Shown here piece by piece: positions 10,285-20,318 of a stretch of DNA of 64,000 nt. This DNA is from Pseudomonadota bacterium (GTDB lineage: Bacteria > Pseudomonadota > Gammaproteobacteria > Burkholderiales > SG8-39). The notes beneath the pieces are model-generated. The model ran no database searches. It was not told the origin of the DNA and saw only the letters and a program-made list of their open reading frames with translations. The DNA is taken from positions 6,265 through 70,264 of the forward strand of contig JANXRV010000094.1 in assembly GCA_025356665.1 (NCBI GenBank). Reading direction: 5' to 3'. Numbering within the stretch: the first letter of the stretch is position 1; the number at the start of each line of letters is the position of its first letter. The position numbers and the translations under genes were made by a program.

Positions 10285-10869
10285 ATGGCAACACATGCGC
10301 CGGATCTGGACAATCGTGACGAACACGTGCTCGGAGACGACGGGGAGTTTCACGTCACAGATGAGCCAGTGGACCTTTCGATTTACCGTCTTGAGGACTG
10401 GATTGCGTTCGGCTTTTTCTGGGTGCTTGCGGCCACCGTTTTTTACCAGTTCTTCACCCGCTACGCCCTTAACGATTCGGCGTCCTGGACGGAGGAAATC
10501 GCGCGCTACCTGCTGATCTGCCTGGTATTCATCGGCGCGGCAATAGGCGTGCGCAAAAACACCCACATCCAGGTCGATATTTTCTACCGCTTCATGGCGC
10601 CGGCTCTGGCGCGCACTCTCTCAACCCTCGTCGACGTGGTACGGGTGCTGTTCTTCAGCTACGCCATTTACCTCACCTATTCCCTGATGCAAAAAATAGG
10701 CAAACAGCCCATGGCCATCGTCGACTGGCCGATCGGACTGATTTACGCCATGGTCATGCTCGGTTTTGCGCTGATGTGCTTTCGCGCCGTGCAGGCCCTC
10801 ATCGGGCACTGGCGCCAGGGCTATAGCGTGCTCGAGCGGCCTGAAGTGGCCGGGGAGGAAGGCGCATGA
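10285..10869 (+). CDS. TRAP transporter small permease (DctQ-type)
   Basis: About 190 aa with four predicted helices. Its stop overlaps the start of the following DctM-type gene (ATGA at 10866-10869). Confidence 0.85.
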   Translation: MATHAPDLDNRDEHVLGDDGEFHVTDEPVDLSIYRLEDWIAFGFFWVLAATVFYQFFTRYALNDSASWTEEIARYLLICLVFIGAAIGVRKNTHIQVDIFYRFMAPALARTLSTLVDVVRVLFFSYAIYLTYSLMQKIGKQPMAIVDWPIGLIYAMVMLGFALMCFRAVQALIGHWRQGYSVLERPEVAGEEGA

Positions 10870-12269
10870 CCTCGGCCCTGCTCGCCTCCTTCCTCGCGCT
10901 AATGTGTGCGGGGCTGCCGGTTGCCCTGGCGATGGCCTTCGCATCGCTGCTTTACGTCATGCTTTCGGGCAACGTGCCCGATTTTGTGGTGATCCACCGC
11001 GTGGTCAACGGCATTGACTCGTTCCCGCTGCTGGCCGTACCTTTTTTCATCATGGCTGGCAACCTGATGAATTCGGCCGGCATCACCAACCGCATTTATA
11101 ACTTCGCCCTGGCGCTGGTCGGCTGGCTCAAGGGCGGACTCGGCCACGTCAACGTGCTCGGCTCGGTCATTTTCGCCGGCATGTCGGGCACCGCCATCGC
11201 CGACGCTGCGGGCCTTGGCACCATCGAGATCAAGGCAATGAAGGATCACGGCTACAGCACCGAATTTGCCGTCGGCGTGACCGCCGCATCGGCCACCCTC
11301 GGTCCGATCATCCCGCCATCGCTGCCCTTCGTCATTTACGCCATGTTCGCCAATGTGTCGGTAGGCAAGCTGTTCCTCGCCGGCATCCTGCCCGGCGCTG
11401 TCATGGCGCTGCTGATGATGTGCACCGTCGCCTATTACGCCCACAAAAACAAATGGGGAAATGACGTCCCGTTCAGCTGGCCCAAGCTCAACAAGGCGGT
11501 GCTGGAACTGATCGTGGTCGTGGCGTTCCCAACAGCGATCTGGGCCGCCACCGAAATGGGCACCGACCCGGCACCGACATTCTTTGCCGCAATGGCGGTG
11601 CTGCTCGCCGCCGACCGCATGTTCCGCTTTAACGCGGTCCTGCCGATCATGACGCCGGTGCTGCTCATAGGCGGCATGACCTCCGGGGTTTTTACCGCCA
11701 CCGAGGGGGCCATCGCCGCCTGCGTCTGGTCCTTGTTCCTCGGTCTGGTCTGGTACCGCACCATGAACTGGAAAATGCTGATCAAGGTGTCGATGGACAC
11801 CATCGAGACGACATCTACGGTACTGCTGATCGTCGCCTCGGCTTCCATTTTCGGCTGGCTGCTGACGGTGACCAAGGTCACCGACGCGGTAGCCGCCCTC
11901 GTGCTCTCGTATACCCACAACCCGGATATGTTCCTCTTGCTCGCCAACCTGCTGATGCTTTTCGTTGGCTGCTTTCTTGAGCCCACGGCGGCCATCACCA
12001 TCCTCGTGCCCATTCTGCTGCCCATCTGCCTGCAACTGGGCATCGACCCGGTGCATTTCGGATTGGTGATGGTACTCAACCTGATGATAGGCCTGCTGCA
12101 TCCGCCTATGGGCATGGTGCTGTTCGTGCTGGCGAGGGTGGCGAAACTTTCGGTCGAGCGAACGACCGTCGCCATATTGCCCTGGTTGTTTCCGCTGCTG
12201 GCCAGCCTAGTCCTGATCACTTACGTGCCGAGCATTTCGATGTGGCTGCCGCGGACGCTGATGCCCTGA
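10866..12269 (+). CDS. TRAP transporter large permease (DctM-type)
   Basis: 467-aa polytopic membrane protein with DctM-like motifs (FFIMAGNLMNSAGIT, GMSGTAIADAA, GPIIPPS). Confidence 0.9.
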   Translation: MTSALLASFLALMCAGLPVALAMAFASLLYVMLSGNVPDFVVIHRVVNGIDSFPLLAVPFFIMAGNLMNSAGITNRIYNFALALVGWLKGGLGHVNVLGSVIFAGMSGTAIADAAGLGTIEIKAMKDHGYSTEFAVGVTAASATLGPIIPPSLPFVIYAMFANVSVGKLFLAGILPGAVMALLMMCTVAYYAHKNKWGNDVPFSWPKLNKAVLELIVVVAFPTAIWAATEMGTDPAPTFFAAMAVLLAADRMFRFNAVLPIMTPVLLIGGMTSGVFTATEGAIAACVWSLFLGLVWYRTMNWKMLIKVSMDTIETTSTVLLIVASASIFGWLLTVTKVTDAVAALVLSYTHNPDMFLLLANLLMLFVGCFLEPTAAITILVPILLPICLQLGIDPVHFGLVMVLNLMIGLLHPPMGMVLFVLARVAKLSVERTTVAILPWLFPLLASLVLITYVPSISMWLPRTLMP

Positions 12270-12403
12270 GCCAAGGTCAGGCGCCGAGAGTAGAATAATC
12301 CGCGCGGCCTGATGAAGCTTAGTACGTTCCCTCCCCCGTCGAGGGGAGGGGGTAAATTGGTCACGGTTTAGAAGACGTCATGATTCACGAAAGAGACCTC
12401 ACC

Positions 12404-13927
12404 ATGCTCCAAGCCGCCGACATAACGATTCGCCTTCACCCCGATGACGATGTGGTCATCGCACGGGTGGGGATTCCGGGCGGGACCACGCTGCCCAAAG
12501 AAGGCAATATACGCCTTGCCGGCGCCATCCCCGCCGGACACAAAGTCGCCGTTCGCGATGTGGCGGCGGGACAACCGGTGCGCCGCTACAACCAGATCAT
12601 CGGCTTTGCCACCCGCGACATCAAAGCCGGTGAGCATATTCACGTACACAACCTCGGCATGGGCGATTTTGAACGCGATTACGCCTATTGCTCCGATGTC
12701 AAACCAACGCAATTTGCCCATCCGCAGGCCAGCTTCGAGGGAATCGTGCGCGCCGACGGCCGTGTTGCCACGCGCAACTACATCGGCATCCTCACCAGCG
12801 TGAACTGCTCAGCCACCGTGGCGCGCATGATCGCCGATCATTTCCGCGCCAGGCTGGATGCCTACCCCAACGTCGATGGCGTGGTCGCGCTGACGCACAA
12901 ATCCGGTTGCGGCATGGCGAGCGAAGGCGAGGGCATCGACATGCTGCGCCGGACCATGGCCGGCTACGCGCGTCATCCAAATTTTTTCGGCACCCAGTTG
13001 GTGGGGCTAGGCTGCGAATCCAACCAGATCAACAGTCTGATGGCTGTACACAAACTGCAGCGCAGCGATAAGCTCGCCGCTTACACCATCCAGGAAAAAG
13101 GCGGCACGATGAAAGCCGTGCGCGAAGGCATTGCGCGCATAGAGGCCATTCTTCCAGAAGCCAACAAAGCCAAACGGCAAACGGTGCCGGCCTCACACCT
13201 CACCCTTGCCCTGCAATGCGGCGGTTCCGACGGTTATTCGGGTATTTCAGCCAACCCCGCACTCGGGGCTGCGGTGGATTTGCTGGTCAGGCACGGCGGC
13301 ACGGCGATCCTGTCTGAAACACCGGAAATCTACGGCGCGGAGCACCTTCTGACCCGCCGTGCCGTAACACGCGAAGTCGGGGAAAAGCTCGTGCGCCGTA
13401 TCAAGTGGTGGGAGGACTACACCGCGCGCAATGGCAATGAAATGAACAATAACCCGTCGCCGGGCAACAAGGCAGGGGGGCTGACGACCATTCTTGAAAA
13501 ATCCCTAGGCGCGGTCGCCAAGGGCGGCACCACCAATCTGGTCGAAGTGTATGAATACGCCGAACCGGTCACGGCACGCGGGTTTGTTTACATGGATACG
13601 CCGGGTTTCGACCCTGTCGCCGCGACCGGTCAGGTCGCCGGCGGGGCCAACATGGTCTGCTTCACCACCGGACGCGGCTCGGCCTATGGATGCAAGCCGG
13701 CACCCTCGCTCAAACTCGCAACCAACTCCGCGCTCTATGCCCACCAGGAAGAGGATATGGACTTTAACTGTGGCACGATTGTCGACGGCAAGGAATCGAT
13801 CGAAGAGTCTGGCCACAGGTTCTTTGAGCTCATGCTCAAAACCGCATCGGGCCAAAAGACCCGTAGCGAACAATGGGGTTATGGTGAGGATGAATTCGCG
13901 CCGTGGATTGTCGGCGCCACTATGTAG
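12404..13927 (+). CDS. UxaA/GarD-family (altronate/galactarate-type) acid-sugar dehydratase
   Basis: The N-terminal SAF-like segment and the body align by eye with E. coli GarD (NYIGILTSVNC, YPNVDGVVALTH, LQCGGSD, NPSPGNKAGGLTT, FTTGRGS). I prefer the ATG at 12404 over the track start at 12380. Confidence 0.9.
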   Translation: MLQAADITIRLHPDDDVVIARVGIPGGTTLPKEGNIRLAGAIPAGHKVAVRDVAAGQPVRRYNQIIGFATRDIKAGEHIHVHNLGMGDFERDYAYCSDVKPTQFAHPQASFEGIVRADGRVATRNYIGILTSVNCSATVARMIADHFRARLDAYPNVDGVVALTHKSGCGMASEGEGIDMLRRTMAGYARHPNFFGTQLVGLGCESNQINSLMAVHKLQRSDKLAAYTIQEKGGTMKAVREGIARIEAILPEANKAKRQTVPASHLTLALQCGGSDGYSGISANPALGAAVDLLVRHGGTAILSETPEIYGAEHLLTRRAVTREVGEKLVRRIKWWEDYTARNGNEMNNNPSPGNKAGGLTTILEKSLGAVAKGGTTNLVEVYEYAEPVTARGFVYMDTPGFDPVAATGQVAGGANMVCFTTGRGSAYGCKPAPSLKLATNSALYAHQEEDMDFNCGTIVDGKESIEESGHRFFELMLKTASGQKTRSEQWGYGEDEFAPWIVGATM

Positions 13928-13936
13928 GAGCCGGAC

Positions 13937-14305
13937 ATGAGGGGATTGCGCGTAGTCCTTTGCATCGTCATTTCGATGGCGCCCTTGTCGTGCGCAATGG
14001 CCAACGCACAAAAATTCAAGTCCACCAAGGCCAACGGCGCCATTGCCTATCATCGTGCATCGGGCAATTATGGTTACGCCATCGACAGAGTCAGTGCGCG
14101 TGACGCCAAGACAGAAGCCCTGCGCCAATGTGCTCATGCAAAATGCGAAGTGGTGACCAGCTTTCGCAACGCCTGCGGTGCCGTCGCCAACGGGCCCAAG
14201 AAATTTGCCGCGATGAGCGGAATGACAAGGCAAGAGGCGGAGACAAAGGCGCTGCGAAAATGCGGCGAAGCCTGTGAAGTCACCGTATGGGCCTGTACCA
14301 GATAG
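13937..14305 (+). CDS. Secreted DUF4189-like protein
   Basis: Signal peptide (MRGLRVVLCIVISMAPLSCAMA). It is followed by two copies of the DUF4189-style unit: GAIAY..G.YGYA...A...AL..C....C.V...FRN.CGA, then ....EAE.KAL.KCG..C.V..W.C. Confidence 0.65.
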   Translation: MRGLRVVLCIVISMAPLSCAMANAQKFKSTKANGAIAYHRASGNYGYAIDRVSARDAKTEALRQCAHAKCEVVTSFRNACGAVANGPKKFAAMSGMTRQEAETKALRKCGEACEVTVWACTR

Positions 14306-14327
14306 CCTCGTAAAATCCGGGGCCAAA

Positions 14328-14362
14328 AGCTGAAAACCCGCGACTGACGCGGGTTTTCAGCT
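14328..14362. terminator. Bidirectional hairpin terminator between convergent genes
   Basis: Perfect 15-bp stem agctgaaaacccgcg/cgcgggttttcagct with a 5-nt loop. A and T runs inside the arms give U-tracts on both strands. A second 9-bp hairpin, ggccaccgc-atc-gcggtggcc, lies at 14381-14401. Confidence 0.6.
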
Positions 14363-14410
14363 GTTATGCAGGTTTATTCCGGCCACCGCATCGCGGTGGC
14401 CTCACCGGTA

Positions 14411-16269
14411 CTAGGCGGCGATGCCTGACTCCGAGCGAGAAGCGCGCTTGCGATCATGCTCGAGAAGATGGCGCTTGCGAATGCGTATGCACTTCGGGGT
14501 GATCTCGACCAACTCGTCATCGGCAATAAACTCCACCGCCTTTTCCAGTGTGAGTTCGACCGGCGGCACCAGACGCACGGCTTCGTCGGTACCCGAAGAG
14601 CGCACGTTAGTCAGCTGCTTGCCTTTGATCGGGTTCACCACCAAATCGTTGTCGCGCGAATGGATGCCGATGATCATGCCCTCATACAGCGCCTCGCCGG
14701 GGGACACGAACATGCGACCGCGATCCTGCAACTTCCACAATGCATAGGCGACCGCGGCGCCATCATCCTGGCTGATCAGCACGCCGTTGCGGCGGTCTTC
14801 CATATCACCCTTGATCGGACCGTAGTCGTCAAAAATGTGGCTGGCCAGTCCGGTTCCGCGCGTCAGCGTAAGGAACACGCCCTGGAAACCGATCAGGCCG
14901 CGAGCCGTGATACGGTACTCAAGACGAACACGACCCTTGCCGTCGGGCTGCATGTCGGTCAAATCACCCTTGCGCCGGCCCAACTCCTCCATCACCGCGC
15001 CCTGGTGCGTATCTTCTACGTCGACCGTCAGCAACTCGTAGGGCTCCTGTTTCACCCCGTCAATTTCCTTGAGCACCACGCGTGGCCGACCGACCGCCAT
15101 CTCGTAGCCTTCGCGGCGCATATTTTCGAGCAGGATGGTCAGGTGCAATTCACCGCGACCCGACACGATAAACGTGTCCGAGTCAGAGGTGAACTCGACC
15201 TTGAGTGCCACGTTACTTTTGAGTTCGCGCTCAAGGCGCTCGCGCAACTGGCGGCTGGTGACAAACTTGCCCTCACGGCCGGCAAGTGGCGAGCTGTTGA
15301 CCATGAAGTTCATGGTCAAGGTCGGCTCGTCCACGCGCAGCAGCGGCAGCGCATCAAGGTGCTCCGGGTGGCAGATCGTCGAACCGATGCCAATTTCATC
15401 AATGCCGTTGATCAACACGATGTCACCGGCGCGTGCCTCCTCGGACACCACGCGCTCGAGTCCCTCGAATGTCAGCACCTGATTGATACGGCCCTTGATG
15501 GGGGTCGAGCCCGGGCCGTTCATCACCACCACCTCCTGCAAGGTGCGGACGCGGCCGCGGGTGATGCGGCCGATGCCGATTTTGCCCACGTAGCTTGAGT
15601 AGTCGAGCGAGCAAATCTGCAGTTGCAGCGGACCGTCGGCATCATCGTCACGGACTGGAACGTACTTGAGAATGGCATCAAACAAGGGACGCATGCTGTG
15701 CTTGCCCTCGATGACCTCCTCGGCTGATGTCGGTGCATCCTTGAGATCAGAAACCGCCCAACCATTGAGTGCGGAGGCATAGACCACCGGAAAATCGAGC
15801 TGCTCCTCGGTGGCGCCCAGTTTGTCGAACAGGTCAAAGGTGTGATTGACCACCCAGTCGGGCCGCGATGCAGGACGGTCGACCTTGTTCACCACGACAA
15901 TGTCTTGAGGCCAAGCGCGAGTGCCTTGCGCGTGACGAAACGCGTCTGTGGCATGGGACCCTCCACCGCATCAACCAGCAGCAACACACTGTCCACCATC
16001 GACAACACGCGCTCCACTTCGCCGCCAAAATCGGCGTGACCCGGGGTGTCGACGATATTGATGTGCGTGCCCTCGTAGGTCACCGCGCAATTCTTGGCCA
16101 GGATGGTAATACCGCGCTCCCGCTCCAGGTCATTGGAATCCATGACGCGCTCGGTCATTTGTTGGTGCGCGGCGAAGGTGCCCGCCTGCTGCAGCAACTT
16201 GTCGACAAGCGTGGTCTTGCCGTGGTCGACGTGGGCAATGATGGCGATGTTGCGGATGGCGCGTGACAT
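14411..16269 (-). pseudogene. typA: Translational GTPase TypA/BipA, interrupted by an apparent 1-nt deletion near 15901-15904
   Basis: Two track ORFs together cover one TypA. ORF 15889..16269 carries G1-G3 ([17 protein letters not shown]) and ends ...[16 protein letters not shown] 14411..15895 starts in another frame at VNKVDRP (the G4 NKVD motif). Intact TypA reads GLKPIVVxNKVDRP across this junction. Confidence 0.8.
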
Positions 16270-16394
16270 GAGGTATTACCGTTGACAAAAGGTGGCGAAT
16301 TCTACAGCAAATACCATCCCGGGCGCCGTTTTTTTGTGCAGTGCATCAGCGACTGGCAAGCTCGCACGAATCGACGTCCTGATAGAATTCCTTC

Positions 16395-17135
16395 ATGAAA
16401 TCAGTTAAATCCAGCTCCACGCCCCGGCTTTACATCAGCCAGTGCTTGCGCCAAGGCAGCGAAATCGCACTCCCTGAAGACGCCCGCGCCCATGCCGCTG
16501 CGCTCAGGCTCAAGGCGGGCTGGGCGGTGCGCCTGTTTGACGGTAGCGGCGGCGAATATGCCGCAGTACTGGTTCAGGACGGTCGCAAGCTGCGCGCCAG
16601 CATCGGTACATTCACCAATTCAAGCCTTGAGTCACCCTTGCGTGTACGCCTGGCCCAATGCCTGTCCAGCGGCGACCGTATGGATATCACGCTGCAAAAG
16701 GCCACGGAACTGGGTGTAACTGCGATTCAGCCGCTGCAAAGCGAACGAAGCATCATTCACCTGGATGACGAGCGCATGGCACGCCGCCTGACCCACTGGC
16801 AGAACGTCGTGATCTCAGCCTGCGAACAATGTGGTCGCAACAGCGTGCCCACGGTCGCGCCAACGGCAGATTTGTTGCCTTGGCTGGGCGGCGCGTCAAA
16901 CGACGGGCTGCGGCTGATGCTATCTCCGGAGGCGACGACCGGACTACGGGACCTTGAGCGCACAACTGCGATCACGCTGTTGGTCGGCCCCGAGGGCGGT
17001 CTCTCGCCGCAAGAACAACAGGCAGCGCAGGCCGCCGGCTTTATCGGAATCCGCCTTGGGCCACGGGTGCTGCGTACCGAGACCGCGCCACTGGCCGCAA
17101 TGGCCGCATTGCAGTCGATGTGGGGGGATTTGTAA
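16395..17135 (+). CDS. rsmE: 16S rRNA (uracil1498-N3)-methyltransferase
   Basis: 246 aa with an N-terminal PUA-like segment (PRLYISQ...) and a C-terminal SPOUT knot region (LLVGPEGGLSPQE, LGPRVLRTETA). Confidence 0.85.
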   Translation: MKSVKSSSTPRLYISQCLRQGSEIALPEDARAHAAALRLKAGWAVRLFDGSGGEYAAVLVQDGRKLRASIGTFTNSSLESPLRVRLAQCLSSGDRMDITLQKATELGVTAIQPLQSERSIIHLDDERMARRLTHWQNVVISACEQCGRNSVPTVAPTADLLPWLGGASNDGLRLMLSPEATTGLRDLERTTAITLLVGPEGGLSPQEQQAAQAAGFIGIRLGPRVLRTETAPLAAMAALQSMWGDL

Positions 17136-17214
17136 TTGCGGCAACGCACACCCGCACGGCCCGGCACCTGCCGCGCATATTGCTAGCGTCCCCATTGGCG
17201 TAGAATCGCACCCC

Positions 17215-18531
17215 ATGGCCACGTCACCCAACGCACAGTTTGTCGCCTGGTTCCGCTCCGCGGCGCCATACTTTCATTCGTTTCGCGGCAAAACCCTCGT
17301 CATCGCGTTCGGCGGCGAAGTCGTCGAGGAGGGAAAATTCGCTGTACTTGCGAACGACATAAACCTGCTTTACAGCGCTGGAATACGGCTGGTACTGGTG
17401 CATGGTGCAAGGCCGCAGATCGAAGCGCAGTTGCGCCAGCGCAAGGCACGATCCCGATTTGCCAACGACGTGCGCATCACCGATCCGACGACTCTCGAAT
17501 GCGTCAAAGAGGCGGTCGGCATCCTGCGCATGGACATCGATGCGCTGCTGTCGCAGGGGCTGCCAAACTCGCCCATGGCAGGCGCTCCGATCAACACAGT
17601 GTCGGGAAATTTCATCACCGCCCAGCCAATGGGGGTGGTCAATGGTGTTGATTACCAGTACTCGGGAACGGTGCGCAAGGTCGATACCGCGGCGATTGAA
17701 TCCTGCCTCGACGGCGGCAATATCGTCATTATTTCCAATGTCGGTTACTCGCCCACCGGCGAGGTATTCAATCTTCAGATGGAAGACGTGGCGGTTGTCA
17801 CGGCGCGGGCGTTAAAGGCGGAGAAACTCGTATTCATGACTGATGCGCCGGTCGAGGACAACCGCGGTCGGCCGATTGTTGCGCTGTCGGGCGACGAAGC
17901 CGACAAATTGCTCGAAAAAAGCAAAGGGCTGACCGACGACACAAGACTCTATCTCGCCCATGCGGTCGAGGCTGTGCGTGGCGGCGTGGCGCGCTCCCAC
18001 TTGATCACGCACAAAGTGGATGGCGCGCTGCTGATCGAACTGTTTACACACGCCGGATCGGGCTGCATGATTACCTCCGACAAGGTGGAGCGGTTGCGTC
18101 CGGCCAATATCGATGACATCGGCGGCATTCTGCAATTGCTTGAGCCGCTGGAGGCTGACGGCACCCTGGTCTATCGCGGGCGGGAACGCCTCGAGCGGGA
18201 GATTCAGCGTTTCTTTGTGCTTGAATACGACAAGCTTATCGTCGGCTGCGCGGCACTTTACCCGTTTCCGGAGGGAAAATCGGCGGAGCTGGCGGCGGTC
18301 GCGGTGCGCCCCGAATTCCGTCGCCTCGGCCATGGCGACAAGCTACTCGAGCACGGTATGACGGTGGCAAAAAAGCTGGGCTACCGGAAAATATTTGTCC
18401 TCACCACACGCACCACGCATTGGTTTATCGAACGCGATTTTTCCGAGGCCGGCATCGAACAACTGCCTGAGCCAAAACGCTCGCTTTACAACTGGCAACG
18501 CCGTTCGAAGGTCCTGGTCAAGCCAATCTAG
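17215..18531 (+). CDS. argA: Amino-acid N-acetyltransferase (N-acetylglutamate synthase)
   Basis: The track ORF 16954..18531 has an implausible N-extension that overlaps rsmE. The ATG at 17215 gives [34 protein letters not shown]..., an amino-acid-kinase fold followed by a C-terminal GNAT domain. 438 aa. Confidence 0.9.
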   Translation: MATSPNAQFVAWFRSAAPYFHSFRGKTLVIAFGGEVVEEGKFAVLANDINLLYSAGIRLVLVHGARPQIEAQLRQRKARSRFANDVRITDPTTLECVKEAVGILRMDIDALLSQGLPNSPMAGAPINTVSGNFITAQPMGVVNGVDYQYSGTVRKVDTAAIESCLDGGNIVIISNVGYSPTGEVFNLQMEDVAVVTARALKAEKLVFMTDAPVEDNRGRPIVALSGDEADKLLEKSKGLTDDTRLYLAHAVEAVRGGVARSHLITHKVDGALLIELFTHAGSGCMITSDKVERLRPANIDDIGGILQLLEPLEADGTLVYRGRERLEREIQRFFVLEYDKLIVGCAALYPFPEGKSAELAAVAVRPEFRRLGHGDKLLEHGMTVAKKLGYRKIFVLTTRTTHWFIERDFSEAGIEQLPEPKRSLYNWQRRSKVLVKPI

Positions 18532-18568
18532 GCGCCGGCACCACCGCCCACACTTTCAGGAGAATCAC

Positions 18569-18841
18569 ATGGCACGCATGGTCAACTGCATCAAACTGGG
18601 AAAGGAAGCCGAAGGGCTCGACCTCCCGCCCTATCCGGGCGAGCTTGGCAAAAAGATTTTTGAAAGCGTATCAAAGGAAGCCTGGCAGGGCTGGATCAAA
18701 CATCAAACCATGCTGATAAACGAGAATCGACTGAGCCTTGCCGACGCCCGTGCACGCAAATACCTCGCCGAACAGCTGGAAAAACACTTTTTTGGCGATG
18801 GCGCAGATGCGGCGCAAGGCTACGTTCCACCAACCAAGTAA
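18569..18841 (+). CDS. yggX: Fe(2+)-trafficking protein YggX
   Basis: [55 protein letters not shown] matches the YggX family over its full 90 aa. The track ORF start at 18395 lies inside argA. Confidence 0.85.
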   Translation: MARMVNCIKLGKEAEGLDLPPYPGELGKKIFESVSKEAWQGWIKHQTMLINENRLSLADARARKYLAEQLEKHFFGDGADAAQGYVPPTK

Positions 18842-18861
18842 GTCTGCTCAAAAGCCGCAAC

Positions 18862-18891
18862 AAAAAGGGCCGCTCGAAGCGGCCCTTTTTT
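18862..18891. terminator. Bidirectional Rho-independent terminator (yggX / phoU convergent)
   Basis: The sequence aaaaa-gggccgc-tcgaa-gcggccc-tttttt gives a 7-bp GC stem flanked by an A-run and a T-run. Confidence 0.6.
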
Positions 18892-18913
18892 GTTACTGCA
18901 AGCGCCAGGGCGC

Positions 18914-19615
18914 CTAAGCAAGCTGTTTGGCCAATCCGTCCAATGAAAGGTGGCGCACATCGCGCCCCTCAACCATGTAAATGACATATTCCGCCATGTT
19001 CTTGGAATGATCGCCGATCCGCTCCAGAGCCTTGGCTATAAACAACATCTCAAGACAGCGCGAAATAGTCCGCGGGTCTTCCATCATGAAGGTGATGAGC
19101 TGGCGCAAGACCGAACGGAACTCGTCATCCACAAGCTCGTCGGCAACAACAACCTGGCCAGCCGCCGTGGTGTCAAGCCGGGCGAACGAGTCCAGTGCCT
19201 TTCTTAGCATCGAAACCGCGTGGCCGGCCATATGCTTCATCTCAAGCCGGGGCATGTGCATTTTTTCTGCCGAATGGATCAGCTTGGCCATGCGGGCAAT
19301 TTTTGCCGCCTCATCGCCGATGCGCTCTAAGTCGGTGATCGTCTTGATCACGGCGATGATCAACCGCAAATCACTTGCCGCCGGCTGACGTCGCGCGATG
19401 ATATGGCTGCAAGCCTCATCAAGCTCCACCTCAAGTCTATTGACGCGATGGTCGTCTTCGATAACGCGCTCGATGCTTGCCATGTCGCCCGCGCCCAGCG
19501 CGTCGATCGCCTTGACGATCTGCTCCTCGACAAGCCCGCCCATTTGCAGCACGCGCGTGCGAACCGCCTCCAACTCGGCGTCGAACTGTTTTGAAATATG
19601 CTCGGACAGGTTCAT
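18914..19615 (-). CDS. phoU: Phosphate signalling complex protein PhoU
   Basis: 233 aa with two PhoU repeats (DxxxD-type helices; IERVIEDDHRVNRLEVELDE, ITDLERIGDEA, ALERIGDHSKN). Confidence 0.9.
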   Translation of the reverse strand: MNLSEHISKQFDAELEAVRTRVLQMGGLVEEQIVKAIDALGAGDMASIERVIEDDHRVNRLEVELDEACSHIIARRQPAASDLRLIIAVIKTITDLERIGDEAAKIARMAKLIHSAEKMHMPRLEMKHMAGHAVSMLRKALDSFARLDTTAAGQVVVADELVDDEFRSVLRQLITFMMEDPRTISRCLEMLFIAKALERIGDHSKNMAEYVIYMVEGRDVRHLSLDGLAKQLA

Positions 19616-19655
19616 TTCATTAGCGTATCACGGCTTTATGACAGCCACATGTCAA

Positions 19656-20318
19656 TTAGCCCTTGGCCTTAAGCGTTTTGACGCCTTGCGCCGTGCCAAG
19701 CAGGGCGATATCCGCGCCACGGCGGGCGAACAGGCCGCAGGTGACGACACCGGCGATCTGATTGATCGCGGATTCAAGCTCCATCGGCTTCAGGATAGAA
19801 AGGCCGTACACATCGAGAATCAGATTGCCATTGTCCGTGGTGAAACCCTGGCGCAGTTCGGGACGACCTCCCAACTTGACCATTTCACGACCGACATAGG
19901 AACGCGCCATGGGCAGCACCTCAATGGGCAGAGGGAACTTGCCGAGCACCCCAACCAGCTTTGATTCATCGGCGATGCAAATGAATTTACGTGAGACGGC
20001 GGCGACAATTTTTTCCCGTGTCAGCGCGCCGCCCCCGCCCTTGATCATCGCCATGTGCTCGGTGATCTCATCCGCGCCATCCACATAAACCGGAATCTCG
20101 CTGACGCTGTTCAGGTCAATGACACGAATGCCGTTGGCCTTCAGGCGTTCGGCTGACTTTTCCGAACTCGCCACGGCGCCGTCGATGCGCCCCTTTATTT
20201 TTCCCAGTTCATCGATGAAAAAATTCGCCGTCGATCCGGTTCCCACTCCAACGATGGAATCCTGCACGTACTTGATAGCCTCGCGCGCCACCGCCTGCTT
20301 GAGTTCGTCCTGGGTCAT
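19656..20318 (-). CDS. rpiA: Ribose-5-phosphate isomerase A
   Basis: [18 protein letters not shown]...[17 protein letters not shown]...DGADE... is canonical RpiA. The ATG at 20318 overlaps the lpdA stop (ATGA). Confidence 0.9.
   Translation of the reverse strand: MTQDELKQAVAREAIKYVQDSIVGVGTGSTANFFIDELGKIKGRIDGAVASSEKSAERLKANGIRVIDLNSVSEIPVYVDGADEITEHMAMIKGGGGALTREKIVAAVSRKFICIADESKLVGVLGKFPLPIEVLPMARSYVGREMVKLGGRPELRQGFTTDNGNLILDVYGLSILKPMELESAINQIAGVVTCGLFARRGADIALLGTAQGVKTLKAKG

Noticed and set aside
16954-17214. N-terminal extensions of track ORFs (argA from 16954, IlvD-type from 8333, permease from 6605, folD from 27073, yggX from 18395, rhodanese from 38066, SDR from 2630, cynD from 41344)
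   Set aside because: The extensions overlap the preceding genes or regulatory sites and have low-complexity sequence. Each contains an internal start with an RBS that yields the canonical family N-terminus.
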